In this document: piece by piece, positions 1 through 9,771 of the stretch
How the letters are laid out: each line of letters opens with the position of its first letter
Position numbering within the stretch: position 1 is the stretch's first letter
NCBI GenBank assembly: GCA_002995645.1
Contig: PUHO01000006.1
Location: 67,623-131,622, forward strand
DNA: 64,000 bases
Reading direction: 5' to 3'
Source of the DNA: SAR324 cluster bacterium
GTDB lineage: Bacteria > SAR324 > XYD2-FULL-50-16 > HCM1
Translations under genes and position numbers: made by a program
Notes under the pieces: model-generated
Told to the model about the DNA's origin: nothing
Database searches by the model: none
The model's input: the letters and a program-made list of their open reading frames with translations, nothing else

Positions 1-137
1 AACTATTCGTTATATTATAGATAAAGCAATTACCTAAATTTGCTTATAGCTAACGTCCTCAAAAACTACCCGCCTGTTTTTCCTTCGTTTTTACCCTCAA
101 AAACAATAAATTTTTCTTTAGTTCTTTTACTTATTAC

Positions 138-166
138 TTGCTTATTTTTCAAAATAAGTGTATAAT
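138..166 (+). promoter_or_regulatory. Candidate sigma70-type promoter of copA with a dyad in the spacer
   Basis: TTGCTT (138-143), 17-nt spacer, TATAAT (161-166), 56 nt upstream of the copA ATG. The spacer holds a perfect 8-2-8 inverted repeat CTTATTTT-TC-AAAATAAG (141-158). Confidence 0.4.
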
Positions 167-221
167 ATAATACTTCTCTTTTTAGAAGCTAAATTATCCA
201 TCTAAGAAAATAAACAAGACT

Positions 222-2684
222 ATGACTCCAATCAATTTATTTATACCAAATATTCATTGTGCTAGTTGCAAATCTAATATTGAATCTACCATAGAATCCC
301 TTGCTTTTGTACAATCGGCAACTGTTAATATTCTAAGACGAACCGTACAAATCACGTTAAAACAAGAACAAACAGACAGCCAATCTTATATTAATATTAT
401 ATTAGAACAGCTTGCCGCGAAAAATTTTCCAGCTCAAGTACAAGAAACAAAGCAAATGGAAACTATTCGTTATATTATTGAAGGGCTACATTGCGCTAGT
501 TGTGTAGCTAAAATAGAATCGGCACTTTCTAAATTAGAAGGCATCTCTTCCCTTGGCGTTAATATTACCACAAATCGCCTTAACTTAACGTATAATCGTG
601 ATATACTTTCTTTTCGCACCATTAAAGAAACTATCCAAGCTCAAGGATATCGCCTTGGCGAACGTATAGAGCTAAATCAAGATAAAAACCAATATATACG
701 CCAAGAATTAAAAAAGTTAAAAATAAAAGGATTCTATGCTCTGCTTTTCAGCATACCTTTATTATTCATTACTATGGGCGGTATGTTTTTTCCTTTATTA
801 AAAATAGCTAATGAATCGATTTCTGCTATCATACAATTAGCACTAACGTTGCCTATACTTTGGTTAGGTCGCGATTTTTTTATCTATGGATTCCGTCATC
901 TATACTTACGCTCTACTAACATGGATAGTTTAATTGCAATTGGATCTAGCGCCGCATTTATATATAGCCTTGTGAATTCTTTCTTGATCTGGTTTAACCC
1001 GGCTATAACAAAACTGCCTTTATACTATGAATCAGCGGCAGTGATTATCACGTTAATTCTACTAGGTCGCTTTTTAGAAACAAAAAGCAAAGAAAAAGCA
1101 TCGGAAGCCATTAACATGCTAGCGAACTTAACGCCAAATAAAGCGACTTTACTTGTCAACGGCAAACAAACAACAATCACATCACATGAAATTGAACCCA
1201 ACGATTTACTACTTGTTAAAAACGGAGAGGCATTCCCGGCAGACGGCATTATAGAAGAAGGCATAACGCACGCTAATGAAGCTATGATCACAGGAGAAAG
1301 CAAGTTAGTACTAAAAGAAAAAGGAAGCTATGTTATTGGAGCTACCTTAAATCAAGGCGGCACTGTCACCACGAAAGTCACTAAACCAACGCATCATAGC
1401 CGTTTAGCACAAATCATTGAGGTCATGGAAAACACGCAAACAGATAAACCGCATATTGCAAAATTAGCAGATCAAATTGCCACTTACTTTGTACCCATTG
1501 TCATCTGTATTGCCTTAATAAGCGCAGGTGCATGGCTTTTCTTTGGGGCTAGCTTTGCGTTTGCTTTGCAAATTTTTATTTCTGTACTTGTTATTGCTTG
1601 TCCTTGCTCTCTTGGATTAGCAACGCCAACAGCCGTTGTTGTAGGGAGCTCTAAAGCGGCTTCACTTGGCATGCTTTTTAAAGGGGCTTATGCTTTAGAA
1701 CAAGTTGGGAAAATTAATTGTCTTGTTTTTGATAAGACAGGTACTATTACAAAAGGAAAAATGAACGTTACTAACATTGATTTAGTTGATCCTAGTTTTA
1801 CTAAAGACATAGTACTACAATATGCCGCTTCTCTAGAACAAACTGTTTCGCATCCTTTAGCAGAAAGTATCTGTGCAAAAGCAAAACAAAACAAACTGCC
1901 TCTACTTACTGTTAAAAATAGCCAGAGCTTCCCGGCATTAGGTTCTAAAGCAACACTAGAACAAGCCACCATTGCTATTGGCAACCTTCGCTTTATGCAA
2001 CAAGAAACAACCATATTAGAACCGCATATCATACAAGAAGGAAATAACAGTACAAAAACCTTAATATATCTAGCGTATAACAAAAAGCTAATAGCCATAT
2101 TCACATTAGAAGACGTGCTTAAAGAAGAAGCAAAAGAAACAATCCAAGCTATAAAAAAATTAAATATTACAACTAGCTTACTTAGCGGAGACAGGCAAGC
2201 TGTAGCAAATGAAATTGGGAAACAAGCCGGGCTAGATGAAATCATTGCTAATGTAGATCCGTCAGAAAAAGCAAATGTAATTAAAGAAAAACAAAAAGAT
2301 AAATCTATTGTAGCTATGGTTGGAGACGGCATTAACGATGCCCCGGCAATGCAACAAGCTCACATTGGCATAGCTCTCGCAAAAGGATCTGATATTGCAC
2401 TAGAAGCGGCAAATATTATTATTACTACTTCGTCTTTACAATCAGTATATCATTGTATTGAATTAAGTCGCGCTTTAATAGTTAATATAAAACAAAACTT
2501 ATTTTGGGCTTTTATCTATAATATTATAGGCATTCCTATTGCTGCCGGCGTATTAATCCCGACTTATCACATAGGATTAACGCCTATATTTGCGGCTTTT
2601 GCTATGACAGGAAGCTCTTTATTCGTTTTATTAAATGCATTACGTTTTCGCTTTTTTAAGCCTAGCTTTAACGTAGCAACATAA
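222..2684 (+). CDS. copA: Copper-translocating P1B-type ATPase
   Basis: 820-aa ORF. Two N-terminal HMA motifs (IHCASCKSNIE, LHCASCVAKIE), transmembrane CPC motif (ACPCSLGLATP), phosphorylation site FDKTGTITKG, hinge GDGINDAP. Confidence 0.95.
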   Translation: MTPINLFIPNIHCASCKSNIESTIESLAFVQSATVNILRRTVQITLKQEQTDSQSYINIILEQLAAKNFPAQVQETKQMETIRYIIEGLHCASCVAKIESALSKLEGISSLGVNITTNRLNLTYNRDILSFRTIKETIQAQGYRLGERIELNQDKNQYIRQELKKLKIKGFYALLFSIPLLFITMGGMFFPLLKIANESISAIIQLALTLPILWLGRDFFIYGFRHLYLRSTNMDSLIAIGSSAAFIYSLVNSFLIWFNPAITKLPLYYESAAVIITLILLGRFLETKSKEKASEAINMLANLTPNKATLLVNGKQTTITSHEIEPNDLLLVKNGEAFPADGIIEEGITHANEAMITGESKLVLKEKGSYVIGATLNQGGTVTTKVTKPTHHSRLAQIIEVMENTQTDKPHIAKLADQIATYFVPIVICIALISAGAWLFFGASFAFALQIFISVLVIACPCSLGLATPTAVVVGSSKAASLGMLFKGAYALEQVGKINCLVFDKTGTITKGKMNVTNIDLVDPSFTKDIVLQYAASLEQTVSHPLAESICAKAKQNKLPLLTVKNSQSFPALGSKATLEQATIAIGNLRFMQQETTILEPHIIQEGNNSTKTLIYLAYNKKLIAIFTLEDVLKEEAKETIQAIKKLNITTSLLSGDRQAVANEIGKQAGLDEIIANVDPSEKANVIKEKQKDKSIVAMVGDGINDAPAMQQAHIGIALAKGSDIALEAANIIITTSSLQSVYHCIELSRALIVNIKQNLFWAFIYNIIGIPIAAGVLIPTYHIGLTPIFAAFAMTGSSLFVLLNALRFRFFKPSFNVAT

Positions 2685-2766
2685 CGTACGTTGCGTTTTA
2701 CATAGCTAAAATCTGCGTTACTCACAATAAAGTATCATTTTAATATTACTTTTATGAGTAATTAAC

Positions 2767-2796
2767 TTGAATTTTTTATAGATACAATAGTATACT
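2767..2796 (+). promoter_or_regulatory. Candidate promoter of secA
   Basis: TTGAAT (2767-2772), 18-nt spacer, TATACT (2791-2796), about 50 nt upstream of the secA ATG. The AT-rich context makes a chance match possible. Confidence 0.3.
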
Positions 2797-2846
2797 TAAA
2801 AAGTTATACTCACACGTTATATACTAATTTAGTTTTTTCTACTTTT

Positions 2847-5549
2847 ATGTTACAACAAATTTTTGACTCTGTTTTTGGTAATTTTTCAAAACGAAAGCTT
2901 AAAACCTACCTACCTTTATTAAAAAAGGTGAATGCTCTAGAACAAAAATTCCAAGACTATTCACAAGAACAACTCCAAGAAGCAATTACTCAATTGCAAG
3001 AAAGAGCGAAGAACGGAGCTTCTTCAGAAGAATTATTACCGGAAACTTTTGCGGTTGTTCGCAAAGCCGGCATGGAGACACTACAACAACGCGCTTTTGA
3101 CGTACAAATTCTAGGCGCTATTGCCTTAAACGACGGGCAAATTGCAGAAATGAAAACAGGGGAAGGAAAGACCTTAACTTCCACCTTTCCACTTGTTTTA
3201 CAATCTTTATATGGTAAAGGCGTACATCTTGTTACAGTGAACGACTACCTAGCAGAACGCGATGCCTCTTGGATGGGAGAAATTTACAACTATCTTGGAC
3301 TTACTGTTGGCGTTATTAAACACGATATGGAAGAAACCGCGCGCAGAGAAGCGTATAACGCTGATATTACATACGGAACAAATAACGAATTTGGCTTTGA
3401 TTATCTTCGTGATAACATGAAATTTGATCTTACAGAATACGTTCAAAGAGATCATTTCTATTCTATTGTCGATGAGGTAGACAGCGTTTTAATTGACGAA
3501 GCAAGAACGCCTTTAATTATTTCAGGACCGTCTGAAGACACAACGGAAAACTATTATAAAGTCAATAGTTTTATCACAGGATTAACACGTGGTTGGACAA
3601 AAGGAGACAATCCAAACATTGAAGCAGTTGCTCGTGCTTTAGACAGCGACTCAAAAGCAGCAAAAGAATTCTTACAAACAAAAGAAGACAGTGAACTTGT
3701 TGTTCCCGGTGATTTTACGTTAGATGAAAAAGCAAAAAATATTCAACTAACAGAACAAGGCGTTGAACTTATGGAAAAACGACTTGATTCTTTTTTAAAG
3801 ACTTCTAATTTGTTTGATTTTGAAAACATTGAAATCTTACACCATGTTAACCAAGCTTTAAAAGCACATTATGTTTTTAAACGTAATACTGATTATGTAG
3901 TACAAAACGGGCAGGTTGTGATTGTAGATGAATTCACCGGTCGTTTAATGGAAGGAAGGCGTTTTTCCGAAGGGCTACACCAAGCTTTAGAAGCAAAAGA
4001 AAACGTTAAAATTGAAGCGGAAAACCAAACTTTAGCTTCTATTACGTTTCAAAATTATTTTCGTAAATATACTAAATTAGCAGGTATGACAGGAACAGCA
4101 GAAACAGAAGCCGAAGAATTTAGTAAAATATACGGTCTTGGGGTGGTTGCTATTCCAACAAACAAGCCCATTGCGAGAAAAGACCACGCTGATATTATAT
4201 ATAAAACTATTGACGTCAAAAATAAAGCTATTTGTACTAAAGTTGCTGAACTACATAAAAAAGGGCAACCTGTACTTGTTGGGACAGCGTCTATTGAAAA
4301 TTCAGAATACTTAAGCAGTCAATTTAAAAAACATGCTATTCCGCACAAAATTCTTAACGCTAAATTTCATAAACAAGAAGCAGAAATCATTGCCCAAGCA
4401 GGGAAAAAAGGAGCCGTTACCATTGCAACTAACATGGCGGGACGTGGTACTGATATTAAACTATCAGAAGAAGTGCTTGAACTAGGCGGTTTATTTATTC
4501 TAGGAACAGAACGACACGAATCTAGAAGGATAGATAACCAACTACGCGGGCGCGCCGGACGGCAAGGAGATATGGGAGAAAGCCGTTTCTTTTTATCTTT
4601 AGATGATAACTTGCTTCGTATTTTTGGCGGTGAACGGATTGCTAAATTAATGGATCGCCTACACATAAAAGAAGACGAACCTATTGAACATATGCTTATT
4701 TCAAGAGCCATTGCTTCTTCTCAATCTAAAGTAGAGGCACATAACTTTGATATTCGTAAGCATTTGCTTGAATATGACGACGTCATGAATCGGCAAAGAG
4801 AAATTATTTATAAACAAAGACAACGTATTTTAGGCGAAGACTCGCTTGGCATCTTCACAGAAATGTGTGAAAAAGTGGGCGATTACCTACTAGATACCTA
4901 TTGTGAAAGTAAACATATTGATCAGTGGGATACAGCAGAGCTAGCAAAAGAAATAAAAACTATTTTTGACTTATCTACTTCTCTAGACGAAGAACTTAAT
5001 AGTCTCTCAGCAGAAACGTTTGATACTTGGTTACATGATCAAATTAAAAAGAAGTTAACAGAAAATCTAAATCAATTTGAAGAAGAAATTCAATTACTCT
5101 TGCTAAGACGTATTCAGTTAGAAATAACGGATAACTTTTGGAAAGATCATTTGCTTTCTATGGATCACATGAAAGAAGGCATAGGCATGCAAGGATATGC
5201 ACAAAAAGATCCGCTTACAGAGTATAAAAAAGAAGGATTCACGTTATTTCAAGAATTAATGTCTAGAATAGAACTAGAATGCGTTCAAACTTTCTTTCAC
5301 GTACAATTGCAAGAACAAGAAACTTTATTAAATCACGAATTCAAAACAAACCAGTCTATTGAGCTTCAGCATCAGTCTGTACCTAATTTTGAACAAGAAA
5401 TGCAAGAAGAAACTCCGGTTAAAAAAGTTTCTGTACGAAAACGCGTCTTACCGTCTCGTAATAGTCCTTGTTGGTGTGGTAGTGGTAAAAAATATAAAAA
5501 ATGCCATTGGAATGCCGATCAAGAAATTCAAGAAAATGAAACTACTTAA
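2847..5549 (+). CDS. secA: Preprotein translocase ATPase SecA
   Basis: 900-aa ORF. Walker A MKTGEGKTL, DEVD box DEVDSVLIDEARTPLIISG, C-terminal zinc-binding tail CWCGSGKKYKKCH. Confidence 0.97.
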   Translation: MLQQIFDSVFGNFSKRKLKTYLPLLKKVNALEQKFQDYSQEQLQEAITQLQERAKNGASSEELLPETFAVVRKAGMETLQQRAFDVQILGAIALNDGQIAEMKTGEGKTLTSTFPLVLQSLYGKGVHLVTVNDYLAERDASWMGEIYNYLGLTVGVIKHDMEETARREAYNADITYGTNNEFGFDYLRDNMKFDLTEYVQRDHFYSIVDEVDSVLIDEARTPLIISGPSEDTTENYYKVNSFITGLTRGWTKGDNPNIEAVARALDSDSKAAKEFLQTKEDSELVVPGDFTLDEKAKNIQLTEQGVELMEKRLDSFLKTSNLFDFENIEILHHVNQALKAHYVFKRNTDYVVQNGQVVIVDEFTGRLMEGRRFSEGLHQALEAKENVKIEAENQTLASITFQNYFRKYTKLAGMTGTAETEAEEFSKIYGLGVVAIPTNKPIARKDHADIIYKTIDVKNKAICTKVAELHKKGQPVLVGTASIENSEYLSSQFKKHAIPHKILNAKFHKQEAEIIAQAGKKGAVTIATNMAGRGTDIKLSEEVLELGGLFILGTERHESRRIDNQLRGRAGRQGDMGESRFFLSLDDNLLRIFGGERIAKLMDRLHIKEDEPIEHMLISRAIASSQSKVEAHNFDIRKHLLEYDDVMNRQREIIYKQRQRILGEDSLGIFTEMCEKVGDYLLDTYCESKHIDQWDTAELAKEIKTIFDLSTSLDEELNSLSAETFDTWLHDQIKKKLTENLNQFEEEIQLLLLRRIQLEITDNFWKDHLLSMDHMKEGIGMQGYAQKDPLTEYKKEGFTLFQELMSRIELECVQTFFHVQLQEQETLLNHEFKTNQSIELQHQSVPNFEQEMQEETPVKKVSVRKRVLPSRNSPCWCGSGKKYKKCHWNADQEIQENETT

Positions 5550-5595
5550 CTCGTATTTTTGTACTGATAAAGTAATTTTTCTTAACTGCTAATAT

Positions 5596-5637
5596 AAAAA
5601 AACAAAAGTGAGTAAAATAGCCTCGCTTTTGTTTTTT
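5596..5637. terminator. Bidirectional rho-independent terminator between secA and proS
   Basis: Hairpin AAAACAAAAGTGAG / CTCGCTTTTGTTTT (one G-T wobble) with 9-nt loop TAAAATAGC. It is preceded by an A-run and followed by a T-run, so it can terminate on both strands. Confidence 0.7.
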
Positions 5638-5640
5638 AGT

Positions 5641-5741
5641 AAGATAACCTGTCGTGCCTAGCTTAATAGGCAACAGCAAACAAGGCTTTAATCTTTGTTG
5701 GATTGCCACTCACAACACACGCCCCTTCCTTTGTTTCTTGC
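5641..5741 (-). pseudogene. Detached duplicate of the proS 3' end (22 nt downstream + stop + 76 nt of coding tail)
   Basis: 101 nt identical to 5775-5875 except one mismatch (GGATTGCC vs GGCTTGCC). It is not attached to any upstream ORF. Confidence 0.9.
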
Positions 5742-5744
5742 CCT

Positions 5745-5769
5745 AAATGAAGCTACTTAACTCGTATTT
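5745..5769 (+). repeat. Detached duplicate of the secA 3' end including the stop codon
   Basis: AAATGAAGCTACTTAACTCGTATTT matches 5534-5558 (AAATGAAACTACTTAACTCGTATTT) with one mismatch. Confidence 0.85.
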
Positions 5770-5796
5770 AAGATAAGATAACCTGTCGTGCCTAGC

Positions 5797-7233
5797 TTAA
5801 TAGGCAACAGCAAACAAGGCTTTAATCTTTGTTGGCTTGCCACTCACAACACACGCCCCTTCCTTTGTTTCTTGCGCCACAGGCAAACAACGAATAGTAG
5901 CTTTGGTTTCGTCTTGTATTTGATTAGCAACAGCAGAACTACCGTCCCAATAAGCATATACAAAACCACCTTGTTTAATATATTCTTTAAACTGCTCGTA
6001 GTTCTCAGCATAAAACGTATTTTCTTCTTGGAAAGTACGCGCTTTCTCAAATAAAGCGTTTTGTATATCTTCCAATAAATCCGGGATTTGCGTACCTAAT
6101 TCGTCTATAGGAATAAAATCTTTTTTACGCGTATCACGGCGAACAGCAACAACTATATTTTTTTCTATATCTTTAATACCAATCTCAATACGTAAAGGCG
6201 TACCTTGCTGTATCCATGTAAAAAAGCGATCGCCCGGGCTTAAATGAAATTGCGTATCTAGCTCCACTTTAAGGCTACCAAGTTGCTTTTTCAAAACAGA
6301 AACTACATTATCCGCATAAGCAAGTATCTGCTCTTTTTGTTCTTCTGATTTAACAATAGGAATAACAACAACCGGTCTCGGTGCTAAACGTGGTGGAATA
6401 ATAATACCGTCGTCATCGCCGTGAGTCATAATTAACCCACCAAGAATACGTGTACTCACGCCCCAACTTGTTGTATAAGCATATTGTAATTCATTGTTTT
6501 GATCTGAAAATTGAATCCCAAACGCTTTAGAAAAATTTTGTCCTAAATTATGGCTTGTTCCCATTTGCAAAGCTTTTTTATCTTGCATCAGCGCTTCTAC
6601 TGTATAAGTTGTATCAGCACCCGGAAACTTCTCATGTTCCGGTTTTGCACCGTCAATAACAGGAATAGCACAAACATTTTCTAAAAAATCTTTATATATG
6701 CCTAGCATTTTTTCCGTTTCCTCTTGTGCCTCTTGCGCATTAGCGTGCGCCGTATGCCCTTCTTGCCATAGAAATTCAGAAGTACGTAAAAATAACCTTG
6801 TACGTTTTTCCCAACGCATCACACTACACCACTGATTCATTAACATAGGCAAATCGCGGTAACTTTGTATCCATTGCGCATAGGCATAACCTATAATCGT
6901 TTCCGAACTAGGACGGATAACATATTTTTCTTCTAATTCTTTACCGCCGGCATAGGTAACCATAGCAAGCTCAGGAGCAAAACCTTCCACATGTTCCGCT
7001 TCTTTTGTAATAAACGACTCAGGAATTAACAAAGGAAAATAAGCATTGCGATGTCCTGTTTCTTTAAACTTTGTATCTAAGTAATTTTGCAACGACTCCC
7101 AAATGCTATAGCCGTTAGGCTGGATTATCATACATCCCTTAACCGGCGCATGGGTTGCCAATTTACCTACTTTAATAACGTCTTGATACCATTGAGGAAA
7201 ATTTTCTTTTCTTGGTGTAATGTTTTTTGCCAT
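5797..7233 (-). CDS. proS: Prolyl-tRNA synthetase (archaeal/eukaryote-like short form)
   Basis: 478-aa ORF. Class II ProRS signature SYRDLPMLMNQWCSVMRWE, anticodon-binding and C-terminal zinc-like domain, ends in AY as in this ProRS type. Confidence 0.92.
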   Translation of the reverse strand: MAKNITPRKENFPQWYQDVIKVGKLATHAPVKGCMIIQPNGYSIWESLQNYLDTKFKETGHRNAYFPLLIPESFITKEAEHVEGFAPELAMVTYAGGKELEEKYVIRPSSETIIGYAYAQWIQSYRDLPMLMNQWCSVMRWEKRTRLFLRTSEFLWQEGHTAHANAQEAQEETEKMLGIYKDFLENVCAIPVIDGAKPEHEKFPGADTTYTVEALMQDKKALQMGTSHNLGQNFSKAFGIQFSDQNNELQYAYTTSWGVSTRILGGLIMTHGDDDGIIIPPRLAPRPVVVIPIVKSEEQKEQILAYADNVVSVLKKQLGSLKVELDTQFHLSPGDRFFTWIQQGTPLRIEIGIKDIEKNIVVAVRRDTRKKDFIPIDELGTQIPDLLEDIQNALFEKARTFQEENTFYAENYEQFKEYIKQGGFVYAYWDGSSAVANQIQDETKATIRCLPVAQETKEGACVVSGKPTKIKALFAVAY

Positions 7234-7235
7234 AG

Positions 7236-8576
7236 TTATTCCCCTTCCAATTTATATATATCCTCTACGCTAACTTTAGCTTTTCCATCTATAAAGTTAA
7301 TAAATAGAGTTTCCTTTTTGATAATGTCGTGTATAGACTGAATTTGATTATTATCTATATTAGAAACAACAATCTTTTTTTGCGCAGCTTTAAGTTTGGG
7401 ATTAGCTAAATATAATCTTTTCTCTAACGCAAAAAGACGTTGCTCTTTAGTGTATATTTTTTGTTTTGTGTTAGCAACAAGTTTAAAAAACTTACTTTCA
7501 TATTGAAAACGTCGTTGTAACAAAAATGAAGTTGCCGTATTTTTTGTAAGCTGGTAGCGATTATCTTGCAATTTCCATAATAAATTTTTACTATATCGAT
7601 CGATCTGCCTACGTAACTGTTCTAATACGTTTTGATTACGTTGTCGTAAAGTTTCTATTTTTTGTACTAAACTACGTTGCATTCTATGCGATATAGAAGC
7701 AAGGTCGGAGTCTCGTTGTGCAAGGAAAGAAGAAAAAGCATATTGTATACGTGTTGTTAACATATCAATACGTTCTTGTAGATCTGTTTGTAAAATAACC
7801 GCTGTTTGCGCCGCTGCCGTTGGCGTAGAAGCGCGTACGTCAGCAACAAAATCGGCAATTGTAAAATCACGTTCATGCCCAATGCCAGTAATCACAGGGA
7901 TAGGCGATTCAAAAATAGCTTGCGCTATATTCCGATCGTTAAAAACGGCTAAATCCTCCATAGCCCCGCCACCGCGTGCTAAAATAATAACGTCAAAATT
8001 ATCTTTTCTTTTAGCAATAGCATACAAAGTTTGCACAATATCTTGCGCAACTGCGGCACCTTGCACAGCCACAGGAAAAAGCGTTGTCTCTACAAACGAA
8101 TTTCTTTGCTCAATAGTACGAAGGATATCGTCCTTAGCCGCACCAGTCATAGAAGTAACAATAGCTATCCGTTTAGCAAACAACGGTAATGCCTTTTTAT
8201 GTATAGCATCAAAATAGCCTTTTGCTTCTAAATCTTTTTTAGTCTGTTCAAATACGAGCTGTAATACACCAGCCCCGCAAGGGTGAAGTTCATCGCAAGT
8301 TAACTGATAAATCCCTCTTTCCGGATACAGTCCAATACGTGCGCGCATAACTACTTCTAATCCGTTTTCAAGGCGAAAAGGTACCGTTTTAGCAACACCG
8401 CGAAACAAAATCACTGCTATTTTAGCTTTTTTATCTTGTAAGTTAAAATAGCAGTGTCCTGCCGCCGATTCTGCAAACGAAATAATCTCTCCTTTAACCC
8501 AAACACTCGTAAAGTTATCTTCTAATAACCCTTTAATACGATATGTAATTTCCTCAACGGACAGAACGTTTTGCAC
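7236..8576 (-). CDS. xseA: Exodeoxyribonuclease VII large subunit
   Basis: 446-aa ORF. N-terminal OB-fold region (VWVKGEIISF...GHCYFNLQDKKAKI), central catalytic region (ARGGGAMEDL, TGIGHERD), long C-terminal coiled coil. Confidence 0.9.
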   Translation of the reverse strand: MQNVLSVEEITYRIKGLLEDNFTSVWVKGEIISFAESAAGHCYFNLQDKKAKIAVILFRGVAKTVPFRLENGLEVVMRARIGLYPERGIYQLTCDELHPCGAGVLQLVFEQTKKDLEAKGYFDAIHKKALPLFAKRIAIVTSMTGAAKDDILRTIEQRNSFVETTLFPVAVQGAAVAQDIVQTLYAIAKRKDNFDVIILARGGGAMEDLAVFNDRNIAQAIFESPIPVITGIGHERDFTIADFVADVRASTPTAAAQTAVILQTDLQERIDMLTTRIQYAFSSFLAQRDSDLASISHRMQRSLVQKIETLRQRNQNVLEQLRRQIDRYSKNLLWKLQDNRYQLTKNTATSFLLQRRFQYESKFFKLVANTKQKIYTKEQRLFALEKRLYLANPKLKAAQKKIVVSNIDNNQIQSIHDIIKKETLFINFIDGKAKVSVEDIYKLEGE

Positions 8577-8600
8577 AAAAAGACTCTAGCTTTTATTTTC

Positions 8601-9590
8601 TTATAACCAAGAAAACATTTTACGTAACTTCGCACCTACTATTTCAATAAGATGCGTTTCTGAAGCACGGCGCAATCCTTTGAAATTAGGTTGACCTACT
8701 TTATTTTCAAGTAACCAGTTTCTTGCAAAAGTACCGTCTTGGATTTCTTTAAGAACACGTTTCATTGCTTTTTTTGATTCTTTACCAACAATACGTGAAC
8801 CTGTGATATAACCACCGTATTCTGCTGTTTCAGAAATAGAATAATTCATACGATTTAATCCACCTTCATAAATTAAATCAACTATTAATTTCATTTCATG
8901 CATACATTCAAAATAAGCAATTTCTGCCGGATAGCCAGCTTTTACAAGTGTGTCAAATCCAGCTCGAATTAATTCGGCAACACCACCGCAAAGAACGGCT
9001 TGTTCTCCAAAAAGATCGGTTTCCGTTTCAATTTTAAAGTCGGTTTCAATAACGCCTGCTCTTGTTCCACCAATACCTTTTGCCCAAGCTAAAGCGTATT
9101 CTTTTGCATGTCCTGAATAATCTTGATGAACGGCAATTAAACAAGGTGTTCCTGAATCTTCTTTAAAAGTACGGCGAACAAGGTGTCCCGGACCTTTAGG
9201 GGCTATCATTACAACGTCTACAGTTGAAGGCGGTTGAATTTGTTCGTAAAAGATATTAAACCCGTGAGCAAATGCAAGTACGTTTCCTTCTTGTAAGCCC
9301 GGAGCGATATCTCTATCATAAATTTCTTTTTGTAGCTGATCCGGTGCTAAAATTATAATCATATCGGCTTCTTTCGCTGCTTCCGCCGTTGTTTTTACAG
9401 TTAACCCGTCTTTTGTTGCTGCCGCTCTGTGTTCTGCCCCTTCCGGCAACCCTACTACTACTTTCATGCCTGAATCATGTAAATTTAAAGCATGAGCGTG
9501 TCCTTGACTGCCGTAACCAATAACGGCAAGCGTTTTATTTTCTAATAAATTCAAATTAGCATCTTTATCATATAAAATAGATATATCCAT
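8601..9590 (-). CDS. ilvC: Ketol-acid reductoisomerase (class I)
   Basis: 329-aa ORF. NADPH-binding [18 protein letters not shown], typical class I length and C-terminal knotted domain. Confidence 0.95.
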   Translation of the reverse strand: MDISILYDKDANLNLLENKTLAVIGYGSQGHAHALNLHDSGMKVVVGLPEGAEHRAAATKDGLTVKTTAEAAKEADMIIILAPDQLQKEIYDRDIAPGLQEGNVLAFAHGFNIFYEQIQPPSTVDVVMIAPKGPGHLVRRTFKEDSGTPCLIAVHQDYSGHAKEYALAWAKGIGGTRAGVIETDFKIETETDLFGEQAVLCGGVAELIRAGFDTLVKAGYPAEIAYFECMHEMKLIVDLIYEGGLNRMNYSISETAEYGGYITGSRIVGKESKKAMKRVLKEIQDGTFARNWLLENKVGQPNFKGLRRASETHLIEIVGAKLRKMFSWL

Positions 9591-9771
9591 GTGTACTCCT
9601 ATGTATGGCTAAAAATTAAAAATTATGCTTTTTAATAAGAGCTTACAAGAATTACTATTTTTATGCAAGGTAAAACACGAATCTAGATTTATATAGAAAA
9701 AATTTTTATTAAAACCGTTTACTATTACATAAAGAAAAACAAAACAAAGTAGTAGCTTTTATCGTATAAAA

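Noticed and set aside
1-37. Window positions 1-18 (AACTATTCGTTATATTAT) are identical to 461-478 inside copA (start of the second HMA domain, ETIRYII). The frame 2-37 reads TIRYIIDKAIT*. This might be a duplicated copA fragment or the end of an upstream CopZ-like gene.
   Set aside because: Only 18 nt match before the sequences diverge, the context is cut by the window edge, and an 18-mer match in AT-rich DNA is not decisive. This needs the upstream sequence.
2685-2720. A possible terminator after copA (GCAAC...GTTGC followed by GTTTTA).
   Set aside because: The stem is only 5 bp with a 9-nt loop and a poor T-run, which is too weak to call.
5359-6054. Small ORFs 5359-5592 (+), 5788-6054 (+) and 5844-6050 (-).
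   Set aside because: They lie in alternative frames or antisense within secA or proS, or across the duplicated junction. They are low-complexity and unsupported.
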